Positions 12,917 to 26,200 of a stretch of 64,000 nt of DNA are shown piece after piece; positions within the stretch are counted from its first letter, which is position 1, and each line of letters starts with the position of its first letter. The notes under the pieces are model-generated. The model did no database searches. It was not told where the DNA came from and worked only from the letters and a program-made list of their open reading frames with translations. The position numbers were made by a program, and so were the translations under genes. This stretch comes from Convolutriloba macropyga (lineage: Eukaryota): the NCBI RefSeq assembly GCF_964194025.1, contig NC_134472.1:30814001-30878000 (forward strand), read 5' to 3'.

Positions 12917-13876
12917 AGTAGGACTTCGAAATAGACGCAATTAAGGACTAAAATAATTGTTATATAGCCTCAAATACTAAAATAAGAAATCTGCCTGAGT
13001 CAAGCGCTTTCGGTTGACTAAAGTAATAAGTTAAAAGAAAATTAATTCACCAACATATATGAACAATGTATATTTATATAAAGGTTACTATTGTCTTTTA
13101 AGTTTTGTTTTTATTTTACTACTTACACAATGATCTTGCTGATTTCTTGCTCCGTAGATTATCTCCATTCGCAGTTGATCCAAGATCCACCAAATCGTTA
13201 ACGTCGATAAACCAAACAAAAATTATAAACAAATATCGAGTAGGAAATGTAGTTTGATTTTAGTCACAAAAGTTAGCAAGGAACGGAGGCTCAAGTGGTT
13301 GATTACACCGTAAAACAAATTATTTTACCCTTTTTTATGAAGTACCATTTTCATACCCCTAATGTAGTAGAAACACATATGTGCAATTTATTAAAAAGTA
13401 ATTTATTTGAGGTATGGGTATGTGATTCTGATTCAAATTTGTATGCATGAAAAAAATAGGAAAGGATGCTGAGGAGAAGGCCGGTAATTCCAAGTTCATG
13501 CTCCATGCGGGAATTATTACTAATCAAAAAGAAGCAGAGTTCTGACGTCAATGCTTTTTATTGGCTAAACTTAAGGCATATGGAAAAATAGGATAAAAGC
13601 AGGACTCTGAAAAATTCAAAATCAGTTGTTTCGGACCTTTTGGAGCTTCAACAACGGACTTGGCCCTCTCTCCAGCTACCCTCTCCAGAAGACTTCAATT
13701 CAATCTTCTAGCTGCAACTCTTCTCTTCTTCCTAGTTCAGTAGCCAACAGCAGAAGTGAAGTTGCCCCTTGCAGAGGAGAAGCACAGGAACTCGGGAGAA
13801 CACCAGAAGCGCTCGAGGCTCAGCAGAAGTACTTGCTCCCGAGAACGTGTTTGAGCACCCGATATGCAATCTTACA
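12917..13876 (+). repeat. 3' LTR (960 bp)
   Basis: agtaggacttcgaaatagacgc...atcttaca. It carries ~60 bp (from ~13626) that are absent from the 5' LTR. Confidence 0.93.
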
Positions 13877-13999
13877 GACGTATTTTTGTTTTTTTTTTGT
13901 GCATTGGATTACATCATGCACGATAATACTAAGCGCAGTGTTTACTGTAATGGTTAACAATGGGTTATTTCTGATTTATTCTGACATAACTATCACATA

Positions 14000-14415
14000 A
14001 ATTTCGGCTTGCTTTTATTTCGGCTTACTTTTACTTCGGCTTACTTGTTTCTACTTCTTTTCACCCCTATTCATTTAACCCCTATTTATTCATCCCTCTA
14101 TCATTTCAATACTCCAATTAGCAGTCGACATTAAAGGCATGTTTTGTCATAATTAAGTGGATAATTTAATCCCACGTTCGGTTGTGATAGTTTCATATCA
14201 ACTCCCACGGGCCGCTGAGGTACTGTTATGGCCCGCGAGGCATGGCCAAATGATTATATTGCTAATTTAATAATCCTTATTTTACAGAAAGATTAAAATC
14301 GGGGTGAATTGCTAGAGGGGTTGAAAGATAGAGGGATTAAATGATACAGGGGTGAATAAATCGGGGTTAAATGACAGGGGGTTAAATGAATAGGGGTGAA
14401 AAAACGGGACACCGG
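14000..14415. mobile_element. MITE/foldback-like element with inverted arms built of short repeats
   Basis: ttttcacccctattcatttaacccct (~14058) is inverted relative to ggggttaaatgaataggggtgaaaa (~14378-14402). The central core is shared with 55849-55923. Confidence 0.65.
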
Positions 14416-15860
14416 ATTACTTTGCGTTCACTTGATGCGGTGGGAAACCGTTAACCGATTTTCCGCAAGCTGTCCAAAATTTTATATGAATTCTTTGACG
14501 AGTGTGGGAGATTGGTGTTACAATTTTCGTGACAATCAAAACAAATAGATGTATAGAAATACATTAGAAAATATCTAAATCTGTTAACCGGTAGAAACGA
14601 GGCGGCAAAAAACACTTGAAAACAACGAAGTCCGGTGATGTGCTTGTGTGCATAAAGTTCTATCTCGTTAACTTGAAAACTTAATTTCTAATCATTCTGT
14701 TAAAAAAATCTGCATATATTTGATTGAAAAAATGGTGTTGTACAGAAAAAATTGGTTGAGCAGTCGCTCACTCATATTATAAAAATTTCACGCTCTACCT
14801 TCTGTCCAAGCAGAGTTGCACATTTGTTTTGAAAAAAAAAACATTTCAAATCTGAATATCAAATACCAAAGTTCTTTCATAACTATTTGAATAGCGGTAA
14901 ATTTTATCTGACTCCTTGATACTAAGATTCCCTATGATAGTTTTCAATCAACAACTGCAAACGTAGATATGGTTAAAAAAAATTGCAAACGTACAAAAAA
15001 TTGCAAACAGCAAACTGATCCAGCTAATACTAGCCTGTTATAAATATAACAGAATCATGTTTGAAAGCTGAAGATCTGAAGTTTCCAGGTGATTAAATGC
15101 GCCAACTTTTTAAAGTAGCTTCTAAACAACAAAACAAGGAACAAAACCCCAGCAACACAGGAAATAATTGTCAAAACATTGGGATAAATTGCTTAAAGTA
15201 GTGGGATCCTCTTTTATTGAAACAACGATGTAATTTTGTTCGATTCAGAACTATCTCTAAGTTGTTTTCGAAAATAGTTTGAAATCACAAACATTTTTTC
15301 CATTTTTATTTAGGAAACTCATTTTTTTCAGCAAAATTTGTTTTCTTACTGTAATTCATATAAAACTCTGAAAAATCTATAGAAAAAACACCAAGTTTTT
15401 GTTGGCCATTTTTAATATCAGAGAAAACTCATTTAATCTTACACATTTCTACTCAACTTTTCTACTCAAATAGTCCTATAAAATTTGAGAATCAGGAACA
15501 AAACGATCTTCAATTACCTAAAAAATAAATTCAAGAAACAAAAATGTCTTTGCCAAGATCTTCAATTTCCGCCTCCAATTTACCCTCAATAAATACTAGG
15601 TTCTAATAAAGGGAGGGAGATATGACCACAACCGACTTAATAGATTAGCAACCAAATAAAGAATTTAAGTTATCCGAAGACTGACATTGGCAAACGGAAA
15701 GAAGAATTTTTCGATCCGTTTTCCTTAAAAAGTCATTCATTGGCAATAATTGCTTTCTCATTTGATTTCAAAAAAAAATCAGTGAAGTTTACTTGAAAAA
15801 GCACATTAAAAATTTTATCGTAAATATAAATATATAAATATAAATATATTTGATGCATGT

Positions 15861-15938
15861 GAAAAGCTTATCAAGAAATGAAGATAATTTAAGTGTAATT
15901 TTGTACTTGGATTATCTTCATTTCTTGATAAACTTTTC
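15861..15938. repeat. 78-bp near-perfect palindrome
   Basis: gaaaagcttatcaagaaatgaagataatttaagtgtaa pairs with ttgtacttggattatcttcatttcttgataaacttttc. Confidence 0.8.
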
Positions 15939-16983
15939 TGGTATATCTCAATCTATATTTACAAAAAAGTTTCTTAATTTGCACTAATCAAAAGATTTGG
16001 AAAGCCTGGATAACCACGCAAGTTCCAGCCAAGTTCTTAAGATCTTGGAAACCTTCGTGTTGTCCTTGGAGAGTCCAAGATCTTGCCTGGACTTGAAAAT
16101 GGTGTCGTGGGAATCCAAGACCTTGCGTAGACTTGGCGTGGATATCGTGGGTTCGAGCACTAGGATAACCTAAATAACCTATTTCAAATTTGTCAAGTCC
16201 ATTTATTCCATATTTTGTACGTTAAAATCCATAATTGATATAAATCCAACTTAATTATAATTAAGTCTATTTTAAAACCAAAATGGAACTCTAAAACTTA
16301 AAATGTCGATACAGGATTTAAACATAGATTTAGTTCTTCAAGCCAGGTCTTCTTGACGATACCATTTGCACAAGCTATCAATTAACCAAAAACAGGTTTA
16401 CCAAACAAAATCGAACTGGCATGATGTTCCTTAAGTTTCACTGAGGTTTGGAACAACAGGTATCAAATGTCTAACTTCTTTTTTTGATTTACTGACGATC
16501 ACTGATGATCTTTGTTTGCATGTGTTTATGTGGCACTAAGAGTCAAATGGTCTCTGATCAGACATTCGTTCGATCTATGATCAGATTATTTCCAGACTTT
16601 GGTTCATGATCACACCTTTTTCCGAACATTGTCCAGACTATTGCGCGACTAAAACACCTTCCAGACCCTGTACTTTGGGTCGCACTATACTCCGGGTGTG
16701 ACCCAAATGGTCCGATCAGAGGTGGCCTATTGATGGCTTCACTTGGAGCACTGTCGATCTCGTTTTAATCAACTGCAAATTATTCTACTTATTTATAAGC
16801 GAACCTGTTTTTAATCTGATTTCGTTCCCGGCCCATTTATGGATATTTCAAAGGACAACATTGTTGTTGTTATTATTATTGGACAATATTTTATCACGCT
16901 CGTTGTTAACGGATATAAATATCACACAGGTCTAAATTGAAAACAATTGCTATAGTACAATTCGGTTAAAACAATCAGCTCAC

Positions 16984-17520
16984 CAACGCATTCCACTGAC
17001 TGAGAATTTCATCGTTGGCCTCATTATAGCCTGGTTCGTGCTTCACTGCATCTGTGAGGTACTCTTCATTCTCGAACTCGTCAGCTCGGTAGAAGAACGC
17101 ACAGACGTCCTCCCAATCGTAGTCGTATACCTCCGAGATCCAGGGGTAGTGGTGGTTGCTCTGTGTACACATGTAGTCAAACAGTCCATCTTCTATTTCG
17201 TGATCGTGCAGAGCCAGCGCGATTATAGGTGTGAGCGCAGCGTCGAAGTCTTGTGGCTTGTCCATGTTAGATCTCGCCAGGAAGTCCACGTATACATCAT
17301 TGCAGACAAAGATCTGTGTAATGGGAAACCCGCCGAATATGAACTCCCTTGACAACAAATGACCTCGCGAACATTTGTCGGAGCCTTTGTCGACAAAGAC
17401 GTCGTTGTGTTTGGGTCCAAATGGCAGAAGGAACGGGTGTTCTATCTCTGATGATGATGAGACCGAATTGAAGTTGCAAGCAAGTAGCACCACAAATGCT
17501 ACTGCAGCTGGTACTTGCAT
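16984..17520 (-). CDS. First coding exon (signal peptide + N-terminal NIDO-associated region), copy 1
   Basis: Signal peptide MQVPAAVAFVVLLAC. LLPFGPKHND..FIFGG..IFVCND..IIALALHD parallels the tectorin/SNED1 pattern YPFG..D..F.FFG..IYVNNNG..IAPFWAD. Phase-0 GTGAGC donor. Confidence 0.8.
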
Positions 17521-17825
17521 TGCTCTGTGTGCGTTCACAATTCACCTCTTGATTATTACAGTTTTTCCCTTCAAAACAGAAGATGTCTTCTAAAACACTC
17601 ATCATGTATCTTGGTGAAACAGTATGTTTCAAAATTTACAAAGCTTGTAAAAGTTCTAAAATAGACTTTTTGCTTGACGCATTTCATAACCTATCGTCGG
17701 TACAAAGCTTTTTTAAATTTGCAATTACTGATGAAGCTGAAAACATTTTATAAATTGGAATCGCTAAATTCTGAGCTAAAAACAACCGCAAGGCGGAAAT
17801 ACAACCAAAGAGAAAAAAAATATTT

Positions 17826-17977
17826 ATCCACCATATACGTGTTACATAATGATCCACCATATACGTGTTACATAATGATCCACCATATACGTGTTACATA
17901 ATGATCCACCATATACGTGTTACATAATGATCCACCATATACGTGTTACATAATGATCCACCATATACGTGTTACAT
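17826..17977. repeat. 26-bp minisatellite, ~6 copies
   Basis: Unit atccaccatatacgtgttacataatg. Confidence 0.95.
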
Positions 17978-19586
17978 TTTAATCGCAAAAAACTAACCTG
18001 AATGAAAAAATCGAGTAACAATAACAAATTGGGATTAATTTTTTATTGCAAATCATGAAAATTATATTTGAAAATGGCAACACGGTTTCTCTAATTTCTG
18101 CTCCAACCTTTCAATTTAAATTAGTCTAACGAAAGCGAAATAACTGACATGATTGGAAGTAGAGCTGAATAAAAATGGAAGCCCAGTTTTTTATTTCGTG
18201 GATTTTCACTCCCATGTGTTACATGCATACGACGAAGTCGATAACTTTTTAATCAAAATATTGCAATTATTTACTTTCTTAACAAAATCTAATGGCGAGA
18301 AAAAATAATCTTGTCATGACGACAGAGTTTTGAAAAAACAATATAGTCGTAAAAACAATCATTCAAAACTTCTTGAACTTTGCAATAGGATGTTGATCGT
18401 TCACTGGTCATTTTTCTTTACATTTTTTCCCATCCAAACCCAGTTGGAAAAGGGGGCAGCACATTTTTTAAGTATCAACAAATTACTAATACATTTTTAC
18501 AACGGCCGGTACTGGAAAACAATCTAACTATCTTAGTTTTTCCAATCACTTTTACAGGAGGAACAATTTTCAAAAGACAAAAAAAAAACAGAAAAAAGAG
18601 AGAATATAATTTTAAAATATCTCTTTTAGTCTTGCAATATCATTTGTGAGACTAAATCCAAAGACTTCGCAAGTTCCAACCAAGATCTTGGAAACCTTTG
18701 TGTTGTCCTTGGAGAGTCCCAGATCTTGACTGGACTTGAAAATGGTGTCGTGGGAATCCAAGACCTTGCGTAGACTTGGCGTGGATGTCGTGGGTTCGAG
18801 CACTAGGATAACCTAAATAACCTATTTGAAATTTGTCAAGTCCATTTATTCCATATTTTGTACGTTAAAATCCATAATTGATATAAATCCAACTTAATTA
18901 TAATTAAGCCTATTTTAAAACCAAAATGGAACTCTAAAACTTAAAATGTCGATACAGGATTTAAACATAGATTTAGTTCTTCAAGCCAGGTCTTCTTGAC
19001 GATACCATTTGCACAAGCTATCAATTAACCAAAAACAGGTTTACCAAACAAAATCGAACTGGCATGATGTTCCTTAAGTTTCACTGAGGTTTGGAACAAC
19101 AGGTATCAAATGTCGAACTTCTTTTTTTTTGATTTACTGACGATCACCATAATCTTTGTTTGCATCTGTTTATGTAGCACTACGAGCCAAAAGATCTCTG
19201 ATCAGACTGGTTCATGATCACACCTTTTTACGAACATTGTCCAGACTATTGCGCGACTAAAACACCTTCCAGACCCTGTACTTTGGGTCGCACTATACTC
19301 CGTGTGTGACCCAAGTGGTCCGATCAGAGATGGCCTATTGATGGCTTCACTTGGAGCACTGTCGATCTCGTTTTAATCAACTGCAAATTATTCTACTTAT
19401 TTATAAGCGAACCTGTTTTTAATCTGATTTCGTTCCCGGTTCATTTATGGATATTTTAAAGGACAATATTGTTATCATCATTGGACATTATTTTTCTCTC
19501 ACTCGATGTGAACGGATATAATTATCACACAGGTCTAAATTGAAAACAATTGCTATAGTACAATTCGGTTAAAACAATCAGCTCAC

Positions 19587-20123
19587 CAACGCATTCCACT
19601 GACTGAGAATTTCATCGTTGGCCTCATTATAACCTGGTTCGTGCTTCACTGCATCTGTGAGGTACTCTTCATTCTCGAACTCGTCAGCTCGGTAGAAGAA
19701 CGCACAGACGTCCTCCCAATCGTAGTCGTATACCTCCGAGATCCAGGGGTAGTGGTGGTTGCTCTGTGTACACATGTAGTCAAACAGTCCATCTTCTATT
19801 TCGTGATCGTGCAGAGCCAGCGCGATTATAGGTGTGAGCGCAGCGTCGAAGTCTTGTGGCTTGTCCATGTTAGATCTCGCCAGGAAGTCCACGTATACAT
19901 CATTGCAGACAAAGATCTGTGTAATGGGAAACCCGCCGAATATGAACTCCCTTGACAACAAATGACCTCGCGAACATTTGTCGGAGCCTTTGTCGACAAA
20001 GACGTCGTTGTGTTTGGGTCCAAATGGCAGAAGGAACGGGTGTTCTATCTCTGATGATGATGAGACCGAATTGAAGTTGCAAGCAAGTAGCACCACAAAT
20101 GCTACTGCAGCTGGTACTTGCAT
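19587..20123 (-). CDS. First coding exon, copy 2
   Basis: Same protein sequence as copy 1. Confidence 0.78.
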
Positions 20124-20428
20124 TGCTCTGTGTGCGTTCACAATTCACCTCTTGATTATTACAGTTTTTCCCTTCAAAACAGAAGATGTCTTCTAAAACA
20201 CTCATCATGTATCTTGGTGAAACAGTATGTTTCAAAATTTACAAAGCTTGTAAAAGTTCTAAAATAGACTTTTTGCTTGACGCATTTCATAACCTATCGT
20301 CGGTACAAAGCTTTTTTAAATTTGCAATTACTGATGAAGCTGAAAACATTTTATAAATTGGAATCGCTAAATTCTGAGCTAAAAACAACCGCAAGGCGGA
20401 AATACAACCAAAGAGAAAAAAAATATTT

Positions 20429-20580
20429 ATCCACCATATACGTGTTACATAATGATCCACCATATACGTGTTACATAATGATCCACCATATACGTGTTAC
20501 ATAATGATCCACCATATACGTGTTACATAATGATCCACCATATACGTGTTACATAATGATCCACCATATACGTGTTACAT
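20429..20580. repeat. 26-bp minisatellite, ~6 copies
   Basis: Same unit. Confidence 0.95.
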
Positions 20581-22188
20581 TTTAATCGCAAAAAACTAAC
20601 CTGAATGAAAAAATCGAGTAACAATAACAAATTGGGATTAATTTTTTATTGCAAATCATGAAAATTATATTTGAAAATGGCAACACGGTTTCTCTAATTT
20701 CTGCTCCAACCTTTCAATTTAAATTAGTCTAACGAAAGCGAAATAACTGACATGATTGGAAGTAGAGCTGAATAAAAATGGAAGCCCAGTTTTTTATTTC
20801 GTGGATTTTCACTCCCATGTGTTACATGCATACGACGAAGTCGATAACTTTTTAATCAAAATATTGCAATTATTTACTTTCTTAACAAAATCTAATGGCG
20901 AGAAAAAATAATCTTGTCATGACGACAGAGTTTTGAAAAAACAATATAGTCGTAAAAACAATCATTCAAAACTTCTTGAACTTTGCAATAGGATGTTGAT
21001 CGTTCACTGGTCATTTTTCTTTACATTTTTTCCCATCCAAACCCAGTTGGAAAAGGGGGCAGCACATTTTTTAAGTATCAACAAATTACTAATACATTTT
21101 TACAACGGCCGGTACTGGAAAACAATCTAACTATCTTAGTTTTTCCAATCACTTTTACAGGAGGAACAATTTTCAAAAGACAAAAAAAAACAGAAAAAAG
21201 AGAGAATATAATTTTAAAATATCTCTTTTAGTCTTGCAATATCATTTGTGAGACTAAATCCAAAGACTTCGCAAGTTCCAACCAAGATCTTGGAAACCTT
21301 TGTGTTGTCCTTGGAGAGTCCCAGATCTTGACTGGACTTGAAAATGGTGTCGTGGGAATCCAAGACCTTGCGTAGACTTGGCGTGGATGTCGTGGGTTCG
21401 AGCACTAGGATAACCTAAATAACCTATTTGAAATTTGTCAAGTCCATTTATTCCATATTTTGTACGTTAAAATCCATAATTGATATAAATCCAACTTAAT
21501 TATAATTAAGCCTATTTTAAAACCAAAATGGAACTCTAAAACTTAAAATGTCGATACAGGATTTAAACATAGATTTAGTTCTTCAAGCCAGGTCTTCTTG
21601 ACGATACCATTTGCACAAGCTATCAATTAACCAAAAACAGGTTTACCAAACAAAATCGAACTGGCATGATGTTCCTTAAGTTTCACTGAGGTTTGGAACA
21701 ACAGGTATCAAATGTCGAACTTCTTTTTTTTTGATTTACTGACGATCACCATAATCTTTGTTTGCATCTGTTTATGTAGCACTACGAGCCAAAAGATCTC
21801 TGATCAGACTGGTTCATGATCACACCTTTTTACGAACATTGTCCAGACTATTGCGCGACTAAAACACCTTCCAGACCCTGTACTTTGGGTCGCACTATAC
21901 TCCGTGTGTGACCCAAGTGGTCCGATCAGAGATGGCCTATTGATGGCTTCACTTGGAGCACTGTCGATCTCGTTTTAATCAACTGCAAATTATTCTACTT
22001 ATTTATAAGCGAACCTGTTTTTAATCTGATTTCGTTCCCGGTTCATTTATGGATATTTTAAAGGACAATATTGTTATCATCATTGGACATTATTTTTCTC
22101 TCACTCGATGTGAACGGATATAATTATCACACAGGTCTAAATTGAAAACAATTGCTATAGTACAATTCGGTTAAAACAATCAGCTCAC

Positions 22189-22725
22189 CAACGCATTCCA
22201 CTGACTGAGAATTTCATCGTTGGCCTCATTATAACCTGGTTCGTGCTTCACTGCATCTGTGAGGTACTCTTCATTCTCGAACTCGTCAGCTCGGTAGAAG
22301 AACGCACAGACGTCCTCCCAATCGTAGTCGTATACCTCCGAGATCCAGGGGTAGTGGTGGTTGCTCTGTGTACACATGTAGTCAAACAGTCCATCTTCTA
22401 TTTCGTGATCGTGCAGAGCCAGCGCGATTATAGGTGTGAGCGCAGCGTCGAAGTCTTGTGGCTTGTCCATGTTAGATCTCGCCAGGAAGTCCACGTATAC
22501 ATCATTGCAGACAAAGATCTGTGTAATGGGAAACCCGCCGAATATGAACTCCCTTGACAACAAATGACCTCGCGAACATTTGTCGGAGCCTTTGTCGACA
22601 AAGACGTCGTTGTGTTTGGGTCCAAATGGCAGAAGGAACGGGTGTTCTATCTCTGATGATGATGAGACCGAATTGAAGTTGCAAGCAAGTAGCACCACAA
22701 ATGCTACTGCAGCTGGTACTTGCAT
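22189..22725 (-). CDS. First coding exon, copy 3
   Basis: Same protein sequence as copy 1. Confidence 0.78.
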
Positions 22726-23030
22726 TGCTCTGTGTGCGTTCACAATTCACCTCTTGATTATTACAGTTTTTCCCTTCAAAACAGAAGATGTCTTCTAAAA
22801 CACTCATCATGTATCTTGGTGAAACAGTATGTTTCAAAATTTACAAAGCTTGTAAAAGTTCTAAAATAGACTTTTTGCTTGACGCATTTCATAACCTATC
22901 GTCGGTACAAAGCTTTTTTAAATTTGCAATTACTGATGAAGCTGAAAACATTTTATAAATTGGAATCGCTAAATTCTGAGCTAAAAACAACCGCAAGGCG
23001 GAAATACAACCAAAGAGAAAAAAAATATTT

Positions 23031-23260
23031 ATCCACCATATACGTGTTACATAATGATCCACCATATACGTGTTACATAATGATCCACCATATACGTGTT
23101 ACATAATGATCCACCATATACGTGTTACATAATGATCCACCATATACGTGTTACATAATGATCCACCATATACGTGTTACATAATGATCCACCATATACG
23201 TGTTACATAATGATCCACCATATACGTGTTGCATAATGATCCACCATATACGTGTTACAT
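23031..23260. repeat. 26-bp minisatellite, ~9 copies
   Basis: Same unit; one copy has ttgcataa. Confidence 0.95.
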
Positions 23261-26200
23261 TTTAATCGCAAAAAACTAACCTGAATGAAAAAAAAATCGA
23301 GTAACAATAACAAATTGGGATTAATTTTTTATTGCAAATCATGAAAATTATATTTGAAAATGGCAACACGGTTTCTCTAATTTCTGCTCCAACCTTTCAA
23401 TTTAAATTAGTCTAACGAAAGCGAAATAACTGACATGATTGGAAGTAGAGCTGAATAAAAATGCAAGCCCAGTTTTTTATTTCGTGGATTTTCACTCCCA
23501 TGTGTTACATGCATACGACGAAGTCGATAACTTTTTAATCAAAGTATTGCAATTATTTACTTTCTTAACAAAATCTAATGGCGAGAAAAAATAATCTTGT
23601 CATGACGACAGAGAATTGAAAAAACAATATAGTCGTAAAAACAATCATTCAAAACTTCTTGAACTTTGCAATAGGATGTTGATCGTTCACTGGTCATTTT
23701 TCTTTACATCTTTTTCCCATCCAAACCCAGTTGGAAAAGGGGCAGCACATTTTTTAAGTATCAACAAATTACTAATACATTTTTACAACGGCCGGTACTG
23801 GAAAACAATCTAACTATCTTAGTTTTTCCAATCACTTTTACAGGAGGAACAATTTTCAAAAGACAAAAAAAAAACAGAAAAAAGAGAGAATATAATTTTA
23901 AAATATCTCTTTTAGTCTTGCAATATCATTTGTGAGACTAAATCCAAAGACTTCTCATTAACAATTAAATAGGGAGAACTCAAAATTTTGCAAAAATTTT
24001 TATGCAACTGATGTTGAAGCCAAAAAGCAATTTTCTGAATCTATTATGTATGTTCATTTGCCTCTCTTTTGCCTGTAAATCTTGAGATGTCGATAAGTGA
24101 CGATTGATTTGAAATCATTCTGGTCTGTAGCCAACATAAAAAAAATAAAAAATGCAAAATTTTTTTGAAAAAACACGTGCGGTGCCTCATTATAAATCGA
24201 ATATTATTTGAACAAAAAAAATCCACCAGAGAAAAACTGATCCACTTCCTGATGCTTCTCCATCAAAACAAGAAGTGTCCCAAATAGTATCGAAATGGTT
24301 ATTTTGTTCAAAAAGTCATTACATCAAAAACAAATGATAATTTTTGGATGTTTACCGAGTTTCAATGACAAAAAAGCATTTTGTTTCATCTGAACGAATA
24401 AAATAATTACTTTAATAGCTCCCTAGAAGACCAATTAAAAACTTTAATAATAAGATTCAATCATAAGACTACAATAAGAGCATTAAATGCTTGAAAATCT
24501 CAAGAATTCAATAAAAATTGTCGAAAACAATTTGTTATAGCCATAAGAATCATGATCTTTACTCATAAAATACAATGTTGTGTCCTTAGAGCATATCGGA
24601 ATGTATTGCGGCCTCGTATTACTTTCACAAGTAAATGGCAAACAAACTTTCCAGTGATTGGGATAAAGAATTGCGAAAAGTAATTTTGCAAACAAGAAAG
24701 AGAAAAAGCTAACCGAAAACTTTCTTTTCTATCGTTGGTCAGCTGTTTAAAAGCGCAATTTTTCTAAATTACCTAATAGGTTTTTGGCGAACAAAAAGCT
24801 TAATGTAGATAAACTAATTCAATTATTTTTTATAAAGATCTGTTTAATTTACAAAAAAAACCGCAAAAAAAGTCAGTTTCAGAAACTTCTCTATGGTACC
24901 AGAGGCAAAAATTAGCCCATATCTTCGTGAAGGAAGATTTCATCAGCAAAATTTATGTCTGCAGCATCGTTCAAACTGGACAAAGTGAGTCAAATAGACA
25001 TATTTGGTTCCCTTTTTATGAAAAATGCCAAATTTTCAAATGTTTAGCTAATATTTTGCCAAAAAAGTGAGTTCAAGCAGTTCACCAACTCTTTCCTATC
25101 TTCAAACGTAAAACCAAAGACACTTTTGTTAACAGTTTTATCTTATTTTACCGCAAATTGATCAAAATTCAGGCAAAAATTACGAAAAATGTGAAAAAAC
25201 AGCAGAGCTTAGGCTATCGTTCAAAAAGCTTTAAACCTACGCAACTTCTCGGAGAAAAACGGAAATTAAAAAAAAACCTTGTTTCCATATTCTACAATGA
25301 CGGGCCTTTGTAATGATACCACCCAAAATACTGTACGATGAATATATCGATTGGCGAAAACTGACTGAACAAATAAAAACCATTTATTTTGTCGAGTATT
25401 TAGTCCCCCAACTAAATCAGTTCGGAACAAATATCAAACTAGGGGCCATAGTCAGAACTTATTTAAAGGTTGCACAGAGATTCAACTTTTGATGTATAAT
25501 TAGTCAAAATAGAACAGTTTTTCAGATTTGTTTCAAATTATGATTGATTCCCTTATACAAATACCTTGATTATTAAATACGACTCAATTTTTCTTTGTAT
25601 CTGATAACGGTATACTTTTCTCAGTGCTTTTTCCAAATGAAAACTTCTGAGAAAATTTAAAAGGAATTTCAATGAAAATTTTAGATTTTAAATGACGAAC
25701 GTAACATTTTTAAGCTATTCAGCTATATTCTTGCTAATTCAAATAAACTTTGTGAAGATATCGAATTGCAAGGCATTATTTATACTATTATGTTACCGCC
25801 ATTTTTGACAAAAAATTATTTTTGTTAATGTATGTACAATCAAGTTCAATCAATTTAAAAGGCATCGAAAATTAAAAGAGAAAATTCGATTTCTAAAAGA
25901 TGAATTTTTGATCTTGTTTTCACAGAGTTTTCATTTAAAAACCAGTTGATTGCTCTTGTTGCTGGGAGCCAATTCAAGCGCCGGGAAGTGCTTCTGTTGG
26001 CCCTGCTTACTTTCATCCTTTTTCTTGGTGTTCTTGGCTGGTCTCGTAGAAGTTGTTTAGCTCGTCATTTTTCAATGCGTGGTAAGATTTAAAAAAATTT
26101 TATTCAAAGGAGAAAAAACCGTTAATTATGGTAAACAAAACAAGAAGTAATAAAATTTGAAAAAAGGAAGAGTCAATAATCAAAGAAAATGAAAATAAAT

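Larger units (their letters stand above)
2743..13876 (+). mobile_element. Full-length, degenerate Ty3/Gypsy (Metaviridae) LTR retrotransposon with env-like ORF3
   Basis: Paired LTRs (TGT..ACA), PBS, PPT and gag-PR-RT-RH-IN order, plus a third ORF. The 5-bp target site duplication is GACTT (2738-2742) / GACGT (13877-13881). Many stops and frameshifts. Confidence 0.96.
16017..23953. repeat. Tandem triplication of a ~2.6-kb unit (16017-18667, 18668-21269, 21270-23953)
   Basis: Junctions read aaagactt|cgcaagttcc, and the same ORF set repeats three times. Confidence 0.97.

Noticed and set aside
17826-23260. 26-bp repeats as a CRISPR array
   Set aside because: Head-to-tail units with no spacers, eukaryotic context, no cas genes.
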